Assembly: GCA_965112735.1 (NCBI GenBank)
Contig: OZ218964.1
Coordinates: forward strand, 992,001 to 1,056,000
Reading direction: 5' to 3'
DNA: 64,000 nucleotides
Origin: Phaeosaccion multiseriatum
Lineage: Eukaryota; Protista; Ochrophyta, other classes
Below, one piece after another: positions 1-12,863 of the stretch; within the stretch, counting starts at the first letter, position 1, and each line of letters begins with the position of its first letter. The position numbers were made by a program, and so were the translations under genes. Below the pieces are notes generated by a model, which was not told the DNA's origin, searched no databases, and worked only from the letters and a program-made list of their open reading frames with translations.

Positions 1-3000
1 AACATTGCACAGGGTAAGCCGGGCTGCTCGGACGACGACATTGTTGCAGCGACACAGGCGGCCAATGCCCACGCCTTCATCAGCGCATTCCCCATGGGGT
101 ATGACACGGAGGTGGGGGAGGGGGGGATGCAGCTGAGCGGAGGGCAGAAGCAGCGCATCGCTATTGCGAGGGCCATCATCGCGGTGAGTAAGAAGCAAGA
201 GAAACACCGACAAACACCGACAAACACCGACGGGCTGGAAGCTGTCCCGTCTCTTGTGATCACTTCTCTTCTTTCCTGTGATCACCTCCTCCTTCCTTCC
301 TTCCTTCCTTCCTTCCTTCCTTCCTTCCTCCCCTCCTTGCCTTCCCTCCTTCAAAACCTTCCTTCCCCTTCCCCATACCCGACCACCTAACCCCCCCTCC
401 CCGCTCGCCCATGCCTCATACACACGCACACACAGGACCCTGCCATCCTCCTTCTGGACGAAGCCACCTCTGCCCTGGACTCGGAGAGCGAGAAGGTGGT
501 GCAGAAGGCGCTTGACGACCTCCACGCCGCCAAGGCTCGCTCCACCATTGTCATTGCCCACCGCCTCAGCACCATCAAGAATGCTGATCAGATTGCAGTG
601 GTGAGTGGGAGGATGGTCACCGAGCTGGGCACGCACAACGAGCTGCTGCAGAGGAATGGCATTTACGCTGAGCTATGTGCGGCGTCTGGTGTAGGCGCGG
701 AGGGGGGGGAGGAGGAGGAGCGTCGCCGCACTTCGCTGAGTGCGGCGAAGGATACGGGTCGTGGACGCAAGAAGAGTTACGTGGAGGAGACGAAGGACAG
801 CAAGTTACAGGGCCTGTCGGAGAGCAAGATGGGGGGGACGGGGGCCGACAAGGACAAGGAGGAGGAGGAGGAGGAGGATGTCCCGCCCATGCCCATCTCA
901 AAGCTGTGGAACATGAACAAACCCGAGTGGGGATGGATGGCTCTCGGAGTCGTCGGGGCTCTCATGGCAGGGTGCTGCTTCCCCCTGGAGGGCGTGTTTA
1001 TCAGCAAGATTACCACGGCGCTGTACATTGAAGACGCAGACGAAATGAAGTCTGAAGTCGCCAAGTGGGCCCTGGCCTTTGTCTACCTCTGCATCTCTGG
1101 CTTGATTGGGCACACCATTCTCGACCATGCATTTGCCGTGTCGGGCGAGGGGCTGACCAAGCGCCTGAGAGAGCAGACCTTCATCCAGACGTTGCGCCAC
1201 GACATTGGCTGGTTCGGTAAGTAGTGCGTACGGCTATTCTCCTCCTCCTTCTCGTCCTCCTCCTCCTCCTCCTCCTCCTCCTCCTCCTCCTCCTCCTCCT
1301 CCTTCTCCTTCTCCTCCTTCTCCTTCTCCTCCTCCTCCTCCTCCTTCTCCTCCTCCTCCTCCTCCTCCTCCTTCTCCTCCTTCTCCTCCTCCTCCTCCTT
1401 CTCCTCCTCCTCCTCCTCCTCCTCCTCCCTCTCCTCCTCCTCCCTCTCCACCATCTCCTCCTCCTCATCCTCCTCCTTCTCCTCCTCCTCCTCCTCCTCC
1501 TCCTCCTTCTCCTCCTCCTCCTTCTCCTCCTCCTCCTCCTCCTCCTTCTCCTCCACCACCACGTCTTCTCTACTTGTGCTGTGCATTGTTACCCACCTCC
1601 GTCCTCCCCACCCTATCCACGTGTGCTCAAATCTTATCTCGTTTCTCACATCCATTCATCCCCATCCCCCACCAACGCACCCCCCCCCCCCCCCCCCAAA
1701 CGCCGTCGCACCCCGCAGACGAAGAAAAGAACTCAACTGCTCACTTGACCAACAAGCTTGAGACAGAAGCGGCCAAGGTCCAGCTTGCTACCGGCCACTC
1801 CCTCGCCTACAAGCTTCAAGTGGCCTGCACCCTGCTGATTGGCGTGGGACTGGGCTTTTACTTCTCTTGGCGTATGGCCTTGGTGTGTCTGGGGTGTATC
1901 CCCTTTGTGGCAGCAGCGGGTATCATCCAGCTTGCCATGCTCAGCGGATCTTACGGGGACGAGGAGGGTCTGGACGGAGGCAGCGGTGCAGGAGAGGTCC
2001 TAGGGTCTGCGCTGAGTAGCGTCACGACGGTTTCGGCGATGAATATGCAGGATGATGTGAGCAACAAGTATGGCAAGATCCTGTCTGGCGCTGTGGCGGA
2101 GCGGCAGAAGAGAGCAATTGCCGGGGCCCTCGCGTTTGGCTATTCGCAAGGGTCCATCTTCCTCGTGTTTGGCTTGCTGTTTTGGGTGGGGGGAATCTTC
2201 ATCTCGAAGGGGCAAGTCAGCTTTGAGAACATGTTTTCGGCCATGTTCGTCATCATCAGTGAGTATCGGTGGTGTGGAGTGGTGCGGTGGGGTGGGGTGG
2301 GGTGTGGTGTGGTGTGGTGTGCGTTGGTTTGGTAGGCTGCCTGCAGTGGGTAGTAGTGGGTGGGAGGGTAGGGGACGGGCACAAGGTGACGAACTGAAGA
2401 AAGTGGACTCGGGTTTATGGCATAGGGTCGGCGGCGTTGCCCTCTGCAGTTGCAATTACCACATCCCCAACCTTCTTCCTCACCTCACCCTCCCACCCCT
2501 CCTACCCTCCAACCCCATCTCTACACCCCATCTCCGCACACACACACTCCCCCGTACCACCCTCTCTTGTCTCTGCTCTGTTTCTTAATTCCTTCTTGTC
2601 GCAGTCGGCGCATTCGGTGTTGGGCAAATCAGCGGCAGCCTGGGCGCTCAGACCGATGGAGCCAAGGCCGCCACTCGGCTGTTCCGTATCATTGACGACA
2701 AGCTCAGCATCGACCCCCTGTCCAAGGAAGGAGCCAAGCCCGTTGACACGGACTACGCTGTGAGCTTCAAGAACATCAACTTCTGCTACCCCACCCGGCC
2801 TGATGTTCAGATCTACGAGGTACTTGCTTTGGGGTTAGGCACAAGGGGGGAGGACGGAGACACACACACACATGCATGCACACACGCACGCACGCACACA
2901 CACAGACATACGCACATACATACACAAACGCACACACAAGACCGGTCTCTGTCCAAGTCTCTACAAATTCCTTTGCCGTCCTTCATCTCCTGACCTCTCT

Positions 3001-4631
3001 GTTTCTGCCTTGCCTGTCTACCCCGTCTGCCAACCCATATGCCTGCCCATATGCCTGCCCGTAGAACATGAATCTGGACATTCCAGCGGGCAAGACGGTG
3101 GCCCTCGTGGGTCCTTCGGGCTGCGGCAAGTCCACCTGCCTCGCCCTCCTGCAGCGTTTTTACGACCCTGCATCGGGCACCGTGCTGCTCAACGGACGAG
3201 ATACCAAGGTGAGGGGTGTCAGGACAGGGGTGAGGGGTGAGGGGTGAGGGGTGAGGGGTGTCAGGACAGAGGGATAAGGGGTGTCAGGACAGAGGGGTGA
3301 GGGTGAGGCGTGAGGGGTGAGAGGGCTGAGAGGGGCGAGGGGTGAGGGGTAGGGGGTGAGAGGTGAAGGGTTAAGTGTGTGGGAATAGGAACAGCAACAA
3401 CGACAACAACAAGCAACCCCAAACCCCAACCTCAAACCCAACCCCGAACAACCAAAAACAACAGGAGCTGAACGTCCGGTGGCTGAGAGGCCAGATTGGC
3501 TACGTAGGGCAGGAACCCGTCATGTTCAACGGAACAATCCGAGAGAACATTCTCCGAGGCTTCCCTGACGCAACTCAGGAACAAATCGAGTCGGCATGTA
3601 AGGTGGCAAATGCCCACAACTTCATCATGGAGTTTGAAGACAAGTACGATACCTCTGTGGGGGAGAAGAGTGCGCTCTTGTCAGGCGGGCAGAAGCAGAG
3701 AATCGCCATTGCACGGGCCATTATCAAGGTGAGGGGTGGGGAGATGGTTGGATTGGAGAGAGGGGAGAGGGTAGTAGGGAGAGTGAGGCGTGATGCGAGC
3801 GAGCGAGAGGGGAGAGGAGTGAGAAAGCGAGAGGGGAGGAAGCAGTGGAATCGCCTAGTGTGTGGAGAATCTTTGAGTCTTTCCTTTGCACATGAACCCG
3901 CTCCTGGCCCATTCGCCTCGGCCCTCCCCCTGCCCATGCTCATATGCCTCTGCTTGACTCCCACGCGCCTACGCACGCACGCACACACACAGGACCCTGC
4001 CATCCTCATCTTCGACGAGGCAACCTCAGCGCTCGACAATGAGAGCGAGCGGCAGGTACGTAGGATGTAGAGTGTCATTGGTGTAGTAATGTATTGTCAT
4101 TGACTTAGTGTGTCATTGGAGCTTGGGGTCTCTGTAATTGTACCAATGGTCCAGGGCTGGCCCAAGGCTTTGTCAGCGGGCTCAGTCATATTGTTATAAC
4201 AATCGTGTGGGGGATGTGAGGGAGGTGGCCGAATACAGAGCTGACTGGCTCACTTCTTTGTCTTTAATGTTGTAGACTTTCAACTTGTCAAGTGATGCCA
4301 TGCTATGCTATGTATGCTGTGTGTGGTGTCTGTCCATGGTGGCGAAGGCAAAGACTTACGTTTCTCTTGGCCCTTCGCTTCCTTTCCCTTCCCTTCCCTT
4401 CCCATCATTTAGGTGCAAGAGGCGCTCAACGGGCTTCAATCCACAGGCAAGTGCACCACCATCGTGGTGGCTCACAGGCTGTCGACTGTGCGGGATGCGG
4501 ACGCCATTGCCGTGTTCGGGGAAGGCGTGGTGAAGGAGTTGGGCACACATGAGGAGCTTCTCAAGAACAAGGACGGCACCTACAACATGCTGTGGCAGCA
4601 GCAGCAGCTGGGGAGCAACAAGAAGAAGTAG
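1..4631 (+). CDS. ABCB (MDR/P-glycoprotein-type) full-size ABC transporter, 5'-truncated by the window edge
   Basis: Exons <1-183, 436-1216, 1719-2258, 2605-2819, 3065-3208, 3465-3728, 3993-4055, 4413-4631; all GT-AG and frame-continuous. End of NBD1 ([33 protein letters not shown]), then TMD2, then NBD2 with Walker [11 protein letters not shown]-loop VGQEP, signature LSGGQKQR, Walker [12 protein letters not shown] and H-loop AHRLST. Confidence 0.95.
1238..1555. repeat. (TCC/TTC)n microsatellite in ABCB intron
   Basis: Directly visible ~320-bp pyrimidine triplet repeat inside intron 1217-1718. Confidence 0.95.
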
Positions 4632-5525
4632 TCGAGGTAGGCGGACTTTTGGCTCGCTGTGCGGGGGGGGCGGGGGTGCAGAGGGGCTTCTGCTTTTCTC
4701 TTTTGCACGGAGTGGGGGTGAGCAACGCGAGGAGCAGCAGCAGCAGAAGGAGGAGGAGGAGGAGGAGGAGAAGGAGGAGGAGGAGAAGGAGGAGGAGGAG
4801 GAGGAGGAGGAGGAGTATGGGGGGAGGAGAAGCAGTAGGAGCAGGAGCGAAAGTAGAAGCGAGAGAGAGAGCGGCGGCGCAGTGTGGGCAGAACGGAAGG
4901 GGAGGAGGAGAGAGGCTCTCGGGCTCTGGGGGCAGGGTCGTTCTTCATTCAGAAGAGAGGAGAGAAGAGGCGCTGGAGGAGGTCGCAAAGTCCGGGGCGG
5001 CGCCTCCGCGATGGAATCAAATGGCGACGACTCCGCGATGAAGCGATGGCAGGCGCTGGCTGGCAGGGGGCGAAGACATTTTTTAGTATGGGGATGGGGG
5101 AAGGGGTCGAGGGTAAAGACATTGACCCATGGGAACCCATTGGAATCAACCTTACCATTACGTATGTGTGAGGGGTAGACACATTGACGCATAGGAATCA
5201 ACCCAGCCATTTCGTAAGTGGGCGGGGTGAAAGTGATACTGATACTTTTAAGAGGGCGCGGCGCGAGCTTACACGGGGCAGCGGTGTGGGGTGCAAGCAT
5301 GTGGGGGCTTTTTTTGTTCGCCCCCCCTTCCTTCCTCCCTCGGCTTCTGAGCTCTTTCCCCCGCGATTTTCCTTTGTACCATAAGTAATGAAACTTGTGT
5401 ACCTCACGTATGAGTTATGAGCATCGGTTTCTCGGTTTGGATGGTTGGGTGGTACAGTGAGGAAAAAAACAAGAGGAAAGAGCGTCCCTCGTGGGGGCGT
5501 GCGTTGTTGCATGTCCTTGCAAAGT

Positions 5526-6080
5526 TTAGTTTTGACGCTTTGACTTGGACTCAAGACGCTTCCACGTGAGCATCTTGGGACACAGCACCCCGTCCAGGCA
5601 GACGCTCACCAGCACCAGCCCGTCATCCACTGCCATCTGATGCCCCTTGTTGTTGTTGCCCTGCTGCCGTGCATGGGCCTCACCTACTTCATCCTCAGAT
5701 GCCCCTTCGCCCTGTCCCTTGGCGTCGCCCCTCCCGCCCTCCACACCACGACCCCCCCCCCCTCCCCCTCCCCTTCCTCCTCTTCCTCCTCTACCTCCTC
5801 CTCCACCTCTATCATCATTGTCGTCGCCAATCCTCCATGTCTCCACATGTGGTGACAAGTCATCCTTAGAGAGGTACTGCAGGAGGCCAGTGGCTTGGTC
5901 AGCCGCCTCCTGCAGCAGCATAGAGGCAGAGGGCACCGAGGGTACCGAGAGCAACTTCTTCTTCTTCAGCCTCTCCTCCTCTTCTCGGTTCACTCTATCG
6001 CAGCCTCCTCCTCCCTCCTGCGTCTCCTCCTCCGCTGCCTCCTCCGCTGCTTCCGCTGCTTCCGCTGCTTCCTCTGGTAC

Positions 6081-6111
<31 letters not shown>

Positions 6112-7639
6112 TCCTTCCCCTTCTCTTCTTCCTCCTGCACCCGCCTCCTCTCTGCCTCAGCCTCTGCCTGGGCCTCCTGCTGCTGGGCCTGTATCCTCTG
6201 ACGTATCCGCTCTGCCGTGACGGGCTTGCCGCTCTTCGCCGCCGAGGCGCAGAACAGAGTCAAGAGGTTGCCATCATTCCTTCGGGCCCGGAGCTCGGCC
6301 CTCGCCATCTCTTTCGCACCACCAACGCCTCTATCAGAGTTCTGCTCGATGACGACCCCCTCCCCTACCCCCTTGCCAACCCTCTCCGCCCCCCCCCCCT
6401 CCCCCTCCTCCCCCTCCTCCCCCTCCCCCTCCTCCCCCTCCGCCCTCTCCTCCCCTTTCTCCCCCTCCTCCCCAACCCTGCCACCCTCTCCAACCCCCCC
6501 CCCCTCGTCCCTCAGCCCCGCCTGCTCCGTCACCTCCGCCAAGAGCTCCTTCATCCCATCCACCGCGTCCCGCACATACAAGTGAAGCAAAATGTCCCCC
6601 CGGAAACCGCAGCGCCGAAAGACCGAGTGCGAGCAAGCCGTACGCACGAAGCAGCCCAAGCGCACACGATGAATGTGGTTCGACACCCCCGCCGCCTCCA
6701 ACAGAGACATCGCGTCCTCCCCAGCCACACCACCACCATCGCCACCACCGCCGCTGCCTATATGACTACCGCTGCCCATGGCAGGAGGGTGCTGCTCACT
6801 CTGCTGCGGGCTCCCCTCCCCGGGGGGAGCGGAAGGTGACCCCCCTGGAAGCGGTACTCCGGCGGCGGCGAGGAGCTGCTGCCCGTCCAGAGGGGCGCTC
6901 TCGGACCTCTGGAGGCAACTCGCTAGGACAGACCCGAGGGGGCTGCTGAGCGAGCGCATCCACAGCAGGGCCTCCGCGGGACCGAGGTCGGCGAGGGACA
7001 TCCACCCGCTCATCTCCACAACAGCTGCTGTATCACCAACTGACTCCCCTTCTTCGTACTGCTGCTCCTGCTCCTGCTCCTGCTCCTGCTGCTGTTCCTG
7101 CTGCAGGTGGTGGTGGTCAGAGTAGTCCTGATGTTCGCTGTCCGAGTGATATTCACCTTCATCGTGGTGTCCCCTTCCATCCTCCTCCTCCTCCTCCTCC
7201 TCCTCCTCCTCCTCCTCCTCTTCCCCGGCCGCCTCTCTTCCGCTGAGCTCCAGCAAGCTTCCGCTTTCTTCTCTCTCCATCGGCGCTTGCTGTTGCTGCT
7301 GTATCGCCAACTGCTGCTGTCTCGCTCTCTCCTGCTCCGCTCGCATAAGTCTCTTCCTTGTTTCTCGCCTGGCCCTCCTCTCCGCCCTCTCCAGCGTCTC
7401 TCTTAGCAGTCTCTGTCTGCCCACCTCACCCTGTTGCTTGAATACCGCCACTCTGATCTGTTTGAGCTGCTCGTGCACGGCACTCTCCTCTTCCTCACAC
7501 AGCGCGGCCTTGGCCTTCATGAGCAGAGCGCGCTTGGCGCCGGCCTGCGATGCTCACAAAGCAACCGGGGGGGGGGGGCAACAATCAATCAGTCAATCGA
7601 TCGGTCACTGCAAAGTGCAAGGCGCGTAGCCGACAGGGA

Positions 7640-7703
<64 letters not shown>

Positions 7704-9872
7704 TAGAGATCCATACGCTACCTCCCCAACCAACCCATCAACCCACCAACCCACCCCACCTTGGCAGGCCCTCCTCCCCTCTGGTCCGTCTCCATCTGCC
7801 TTGCCGTATGCCTCAGCCTCGTCGCCTCTCCCCTGAGTCCCTGTGCCCTTTCTGTGAGCAGCGCCTGCGTCCTCTGTAAGCCCCGTATGGCCTCTTGCCT
7901 CTGCGCCATACTTTTGCTGATCTCCTCCTTACGTTGAAGCATCTTCTTGTATCTCTTCGTCGTCTCAAAGCCCCCACCCCTTCCTCCTCCTCCTCCTCCT
8001 CCTCCTCCTCCTCCTCCTCCTCCTCCTCCTCCTCCTCCTCCTCCTCCTCCTCCTCCTCCTCCTCCTCCTCCTCCTCCTCCTCCTCCTCCTCCTCCTCCTC
8101 CTCCTCCTCCTCCTCCTCCTCCTCCTCCTCCTCCTCCTCCTCCTCCTCCTCCGCCGCCGGTGGCAGTGCCCGTCACCCCTCCTCGCATCTGAGGTATGCC
8201 CTGCTGCTGCTCGTGCTCGTGGTCCTCCTCCCCATCTAACCCGTCCCCCCCCCCCCCAGCGTCGATATGCCCGACATGATCCTTCACAAAGTCATGCGCA
8301 TCTCGTAGCCTCGACACGTCCTCCCCGTCCAGCCCCACCCCCGGGGGAACCTCAGCCCCCCCCGCCCCCGGGGGTGGTAAGAGGAAAGGGTTCCCGGCCG
8401 CCTTGAAGCCGAGCCACTCCGAGTATTCGTCTATAAAGTCGCAGTCCTTCATCATCTTGGCAAAAAAGTCGTTCTCCCCGTCCCCCAGCTGCGAGGTGTA
8501 TTCACTCGCCACGCCAATCAACGCGGGCATGAGCATGAGCTTCTCTACAAGGTCGAGAGACTGTGCCCTGTACTCGTGCAGCAGCTCAGTGCGCACTTCC
8601 GTACAGCCGATCCCAGAGTGACAGTCCAGCCAAAGCCTCTCCAGGGCCTCCTCGCGGTGCTTGAGCATACCCTCGAAGGCGGCGTGGGTCCCCTCTCCTC
8701 CTCCTCCGCCCCCGTCATCTCCGAAGCTCATGCGTACCCTGGAGCTCGCTCGCCGCTTCTCATTGAGCTCCGCCATGGAGCTGCTCTTCCTCCTCGAACC
8801 ACTACCCGTACCCGCTGTAGACGCCGCCACCCCCCCCTGCTGCTGCTGCTGCTGCTGCTGCTTCGCGCTCTGAGTTCTGGTCAGCGCAAATTTCGCACTA
8901 CCGGCCGACTCTCGCCACTCGTTGACTTGCTGACCGGTAGGCAGCCCCTTCCCCTTCAGTGCGGGGCCTCGGGTCTTAGAGTAACCACCTGGGGAGGTTG
9001 CGCCTCCTCTCACTGCCGCTGTCAGCCCCAGCCCCCCACCGCGGCTGTCGCCGTTGCCGGTGGAGAAGGCTCCTGTAGCTGCTGATGCAGTCTTGTTGAG
9101 CTCGCTTATCTGGGTGGCCAGCCATGAGTCGGTCAGGGGACGGGTGGTGGACCTGGTCCCGAAGGGCTGTGATGTGTGGGTAGGGGAGGGGGGGGCAAGC
9201 AACAAGAGACAGCGGAGGGGAGGGTTTTTTTCGTTCGCCAGTGGACAGACTGATTTCGCCTTTGGTCTGTCTCTGTCACTCATCGTCCTTCCCGTCCACT
9301 TTCAACCCCCCCTCCCCTCTCTCCTCTCCCTGACCTTGCGCTGCCTCTTCTTGGATGCAGCCGTCTTGCCCCTCCTGGACAGAGTGAGTCCGGCGATGGG
9401 AGGCTCGAGCACGGTGTCCGGGCTGTTGACGAAGGTTTGCGTGTGGAAGGAACCCGCAGTCTTCCTCTGCATTGTGTTGAAGATCTTCGCCACGGCCAGA
9501 GGGCAGTATGGGTCTGAGCTCGCGTCATAACCGCTGCTCGAGCGAAGCAAAGAGAGGGGTGGGAGTTGCGACCAACGGAGGAAGGAGAGCATGAGGGTGA
9601 GTGCGCGGTTTTATACCTCGGAAACAGTGAAAGTGAGGAGTATGCGAGCTCCCCTCAGGCTGTTTGCTGCTCAATACCCCGGTGACTCACCACTTGCCCT
9701 TGTCGCGCGAAGGAGGATCGGGCGGAGCCCACGTCTTCTCGAGCTCCCTCTGCTTCAGTTCCTTCACCCTGCTGGTGATGGCCAGTTCCTGGGCCTTGCT
9801 GCGGCCCCCACCCGTCCACTTGCCGCTCCCTGCGGCCAGACTGGTGGCAGTGAGGTCATGGCGGCCGGCCAT
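5526..9872 (-). CDS. Hypothetical ~1268-aa low-complexity/coiled-coil protein with poly-Gly and acidic tracts and a possible degenerate SAM-like segment
   Basis: Exons 9872-9691, 9533-9335, 9166-7760, 7544-5526 (GT-AG, phases 2/0/0 consistent). Globular-looking core REEALERL...EYRAQSLDLVEKL...FAKMMKDCDF...LGFKAAGNPFLLP, a coiled coil, and LLEAAGVSNHIHRVRL, which resembles the last helix of a SAM domain. No family recognised with confidence. Confidence 0.7.
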
Positions 9873-10322
9873 ATTTATACCTCACAGAGACACCGCGGCA
9901 ATAGGTTTCAAGTTGAGCAAGCCTAGTACGTTGGGCTTCAAGAAAGGAGGTCCAACATGCACACAAGGGAGGAGAAAAAGGCTCATGGCACCCCCCGAGA
10001 GAAAAGAGTGGAGGAAGTCACAGTTTCACAGTTTCAGTTTCAGCACTCCCAGTTTTCTTTGCGCTCAGATTGGCCCACCGGGGGGAAATCGACCCAGTTG
10101 ACAGAGGATATCGACAGAGCCGCTGCTTTGCGATTAATGCCCTCCTAAGCCCACACGCAACAGACCCGGGGTACCTGTTAGCGTGTCCATCGCCGTGTGC
10201 TTCGGGTCGTGCGCTTTTGAGCAACCAATGCTCAAGCGCTGGTGACTTGCCGGGCTTGGGGCTGGCAGGGAGCCGAGCGTGGAGGAGACAGAGGTAGCAG
10301 TGGCAGCCTTTCAATAGCGGAA

Positions 10323-12863
10323 ATGGCGGCGGGTCCAGGCCTACACGCGAATGGGGTGGTTGCCAATGGGGGTGGGACAAAGGAGAAGGGTCGGAAGCTG
10401 ACGAAGAATGAGAAGCGGCGACTAAAGAAGAAGGCGGAGAGGGAGAAGGGCAAAGAGGAGGGCCAAGGGGCGAACGGGGACAGCGCGGACGGTGCGACAG
10501 AACCTGGGCATGCGAATGGGGTAACAGACAGCGGTTCAGCAGCAGAGGAGGATGCGGCGGCTCTGGCAGGTGTGTCTGTGGAGTACGTGTCGGCCAATGT
10601 GTTGGATGAGGCCAAACTGGAGGAGAACACCCTAGAGGAGTTCAAAAAGATCTTCGACAAGTTCTCCACTGCAGAGGAACTGACTGCGGGGAAGGATGAG
10701 AAGGACACGGCGGAAGGAGGGGAAGGAGCAGGGGAGGGAAAGGACGGGGCCGACGTTAATGGGAAGGGAAGTAAGGAGGGGGGGAAGGAGGGCGGGGAGG
10801 AAGACGAGGAGGGAGATGCGGACGGGCCGCCCAAGCTCAGCAAGAAGCAGCGCAGATTGCGGAGTCGAATGAGTGTCGCGCAGCTGAAGCAGATGGTGGC
10901 CCGACCGGAGGGCGTGGAGGCGCACGACGTGACGTCGTCCGACCCCCGCCTCCTGGTGCACCTCAAAACGTTGCGCAACACCGTTGCGGTGCCTCGGCAT
11001 TGGTGCAACAAGCGCAAGTACTTACAAGGGAAGCGCGGCATTGAGAAGAAGCCCTTCGAGCTGCCCGACTTCATCCTGCAGACGGGCATTGCCAAGATCC
11101 GAGACGCTCTAGACGAGGATCAGGATAAGAAGACGGCACGGCAAAAGTCGAGGGACCGCATGTCAGCCAAGACGGGCAAGGTGCGCGTGTCTCCGTGTGT
11201 GTACGTGCACGCGCGTGCTGTGTCGGGGGGGGGGGGGGCGAGGCAGGCAACACCCACACCCCACCGTTGTGGCGAAAGGCGAGAGTAGTGGGGCGTTGTG
11301 GTTGGTGTGTTCTATCCATCTCTCATCTCTTTGGGCACACAGCATGTCATGACGACTGCTCTGTTTAAGCAAGACGCCTGATGACTGATGACATGACCTC
11401 TTGTTGCTTGGCTTGGTTTGGCTTGGTGTGGCCTTTGTGCGACCATCATGTTTGTGTTGCCCCCCTCCCCCCAACCCACAGGTTGACATCGATTACCGAG
11501 TGTTGCACGATGCCTTCTTCAAGTACCAAGAAAAGCCCAAGCTGAGCAAGCTGGGAGACCTCTACTACGAGGGGAAGGAGTTCGAAGTGAGTCGATGACT
11601 GGACAGGTCCAGAGCGGTGGGGTGGGTGGCGGTAGTGAGAGTCCGAGCGGATGCTGAGATAAGGGGTGGTCCATCTGCCTGGGTTAGCGGTAGCTTCAAT
11701 CAGGGGGGTGCGTGGAGGTGGATGAGGAAGGGGCTTGGGCTCCTGCTATCATTTGCAGGCCCACCTGAATACTTGAGCCGAAACTACATGAAGCTGGGAG
11801 AGAGAGAGAGAGAGAGAGCGCAGCAGAGGGAGGCCGTCCAATCCAACCCGCCGTTTGTTACGGCACGGCCTTAGAAGCCGTGACCCTACTAACGACGTTG
11901 CGCGCCTTCCCCTCTCCCCTCTCCCCCCCCTCCTCGTCCCTCTTCCTACCTTTTCCTTTCCTTCTCCTTCTCCTCTTCCTCTCGTACTCCCCTCTCCCAC
12001 TCACACTCACTCAGGTGGACATGTCGGAGAAAACCCCCGGGCTGCTCTCCAAGGAGCTTCGGGAGGCGCTGGACATGGGAGAGACATCCCCTCCACAGTG
12101 GTTGCTCCACATGCAGCGGTATGGACCGCCTCCCGCATACCCGTACCTCAAAATTCCGGGGTTGAATGCACCCCTTCCGCCGGGGGCAAAGTACGGGTTT
12201 GGGCCAGGGGAGTGGGGCAAGCCTCCGGTGGATGAGTTCGGCAACCCTCTGTACGGTGACGTCTTTGCGCAGAATGCGGCCCACGTGGATGATGCTGATG
12301 TAGACAAGACGCTGTGGGGGACAATGGAGGAGGAGGTTGAGGAGGAGGAGAGCGAAGATGAGGCAGAAGAGGAGGAGAAGGAGGAGGGAGGGGAAGAGGG
12401 AACGGAGGGGGCGGTGACACCAGCGCCTTCAGACGGGGCGACTAGTGTGGCTTCGTCCGCCATGACGGGCCTCACCACGCCTGGAGACATGCTTGATTTG
12501 CGAAAGAGGAGCTCAGCAGCCGGTCTAGAGACGCCAGAGACACCGCAGGGCCCCAAGGAGTTGTACCAGGTCCTCGATCAGCAAAAGGCCGGTGTAGGGA
12601 CGGGCCTGTTTGGGGTGGACAGGACGTACAAGATTGGGGGAGGCGCCAAGGATGTGTCGGTGGCGCTCAACCCGGACGACTTGGAGGATGAGCTGAAGGA
12701 CCAGGATGCTCTCAAGGAGAGGTATGAGAAGGGTTTGCAGGCCTCTTTGCCGCAGAGGGAGGACGTGAGTGACATTATCGCGGAGGAGACGCGGAAACGC
12801 AAGAGGAAGCTGGACAAGGCGGGCGCTGCCAAGAAGAAGAAGGACAAGGACTTCCAGTTCTGA
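10323..12863 (+). CDS. SF3B2: Splicing factor 3B subunit 2 (SAP145/Cus1)
   Basis: Exons 10323-11180, 11482-11586, 12015-12863. DUF382 core (SVAQLKQMVARPEGVEAHDV...VPRHWCNKRKYLQGKRGIEKKPFELPDFI...DIDYRVLHDAFF...GDLYYEGKEFE), PSP domain (PGLLSKELREAL...PPQWLLHMQRYGPPPAYP.LKIPGLNAPLP) and C-terminal KDFQF. Confidence 0.96.

Noticed and set aside
1083-1748. Poly-E, poly-R, poly-P (extensin-like) and poly-L ORFs
   Set aside because: Translations of the (TCC)n tract inside the ABCB intron.
3414-3447. Telomere-like AACCCC repeats
   Set aside because: Short, irregular and located at an intron 3' end; better explained by the C-rich bias of intron ends.
4632-5525. Several overlapping ORFs between the ABCB gene and the next gene
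   Set aside because: A convergent 3' UTR/intergenic region containing a (GAG)n repeat; no coherent protein or splice pattern.
7030-7040. Similarity of the dispersed motif to the phage lambda operator half-site (TATCACC)
   Set aside because: Only 7 nt are shared, with no dyad second half and no phage genes; treated as coincidence.
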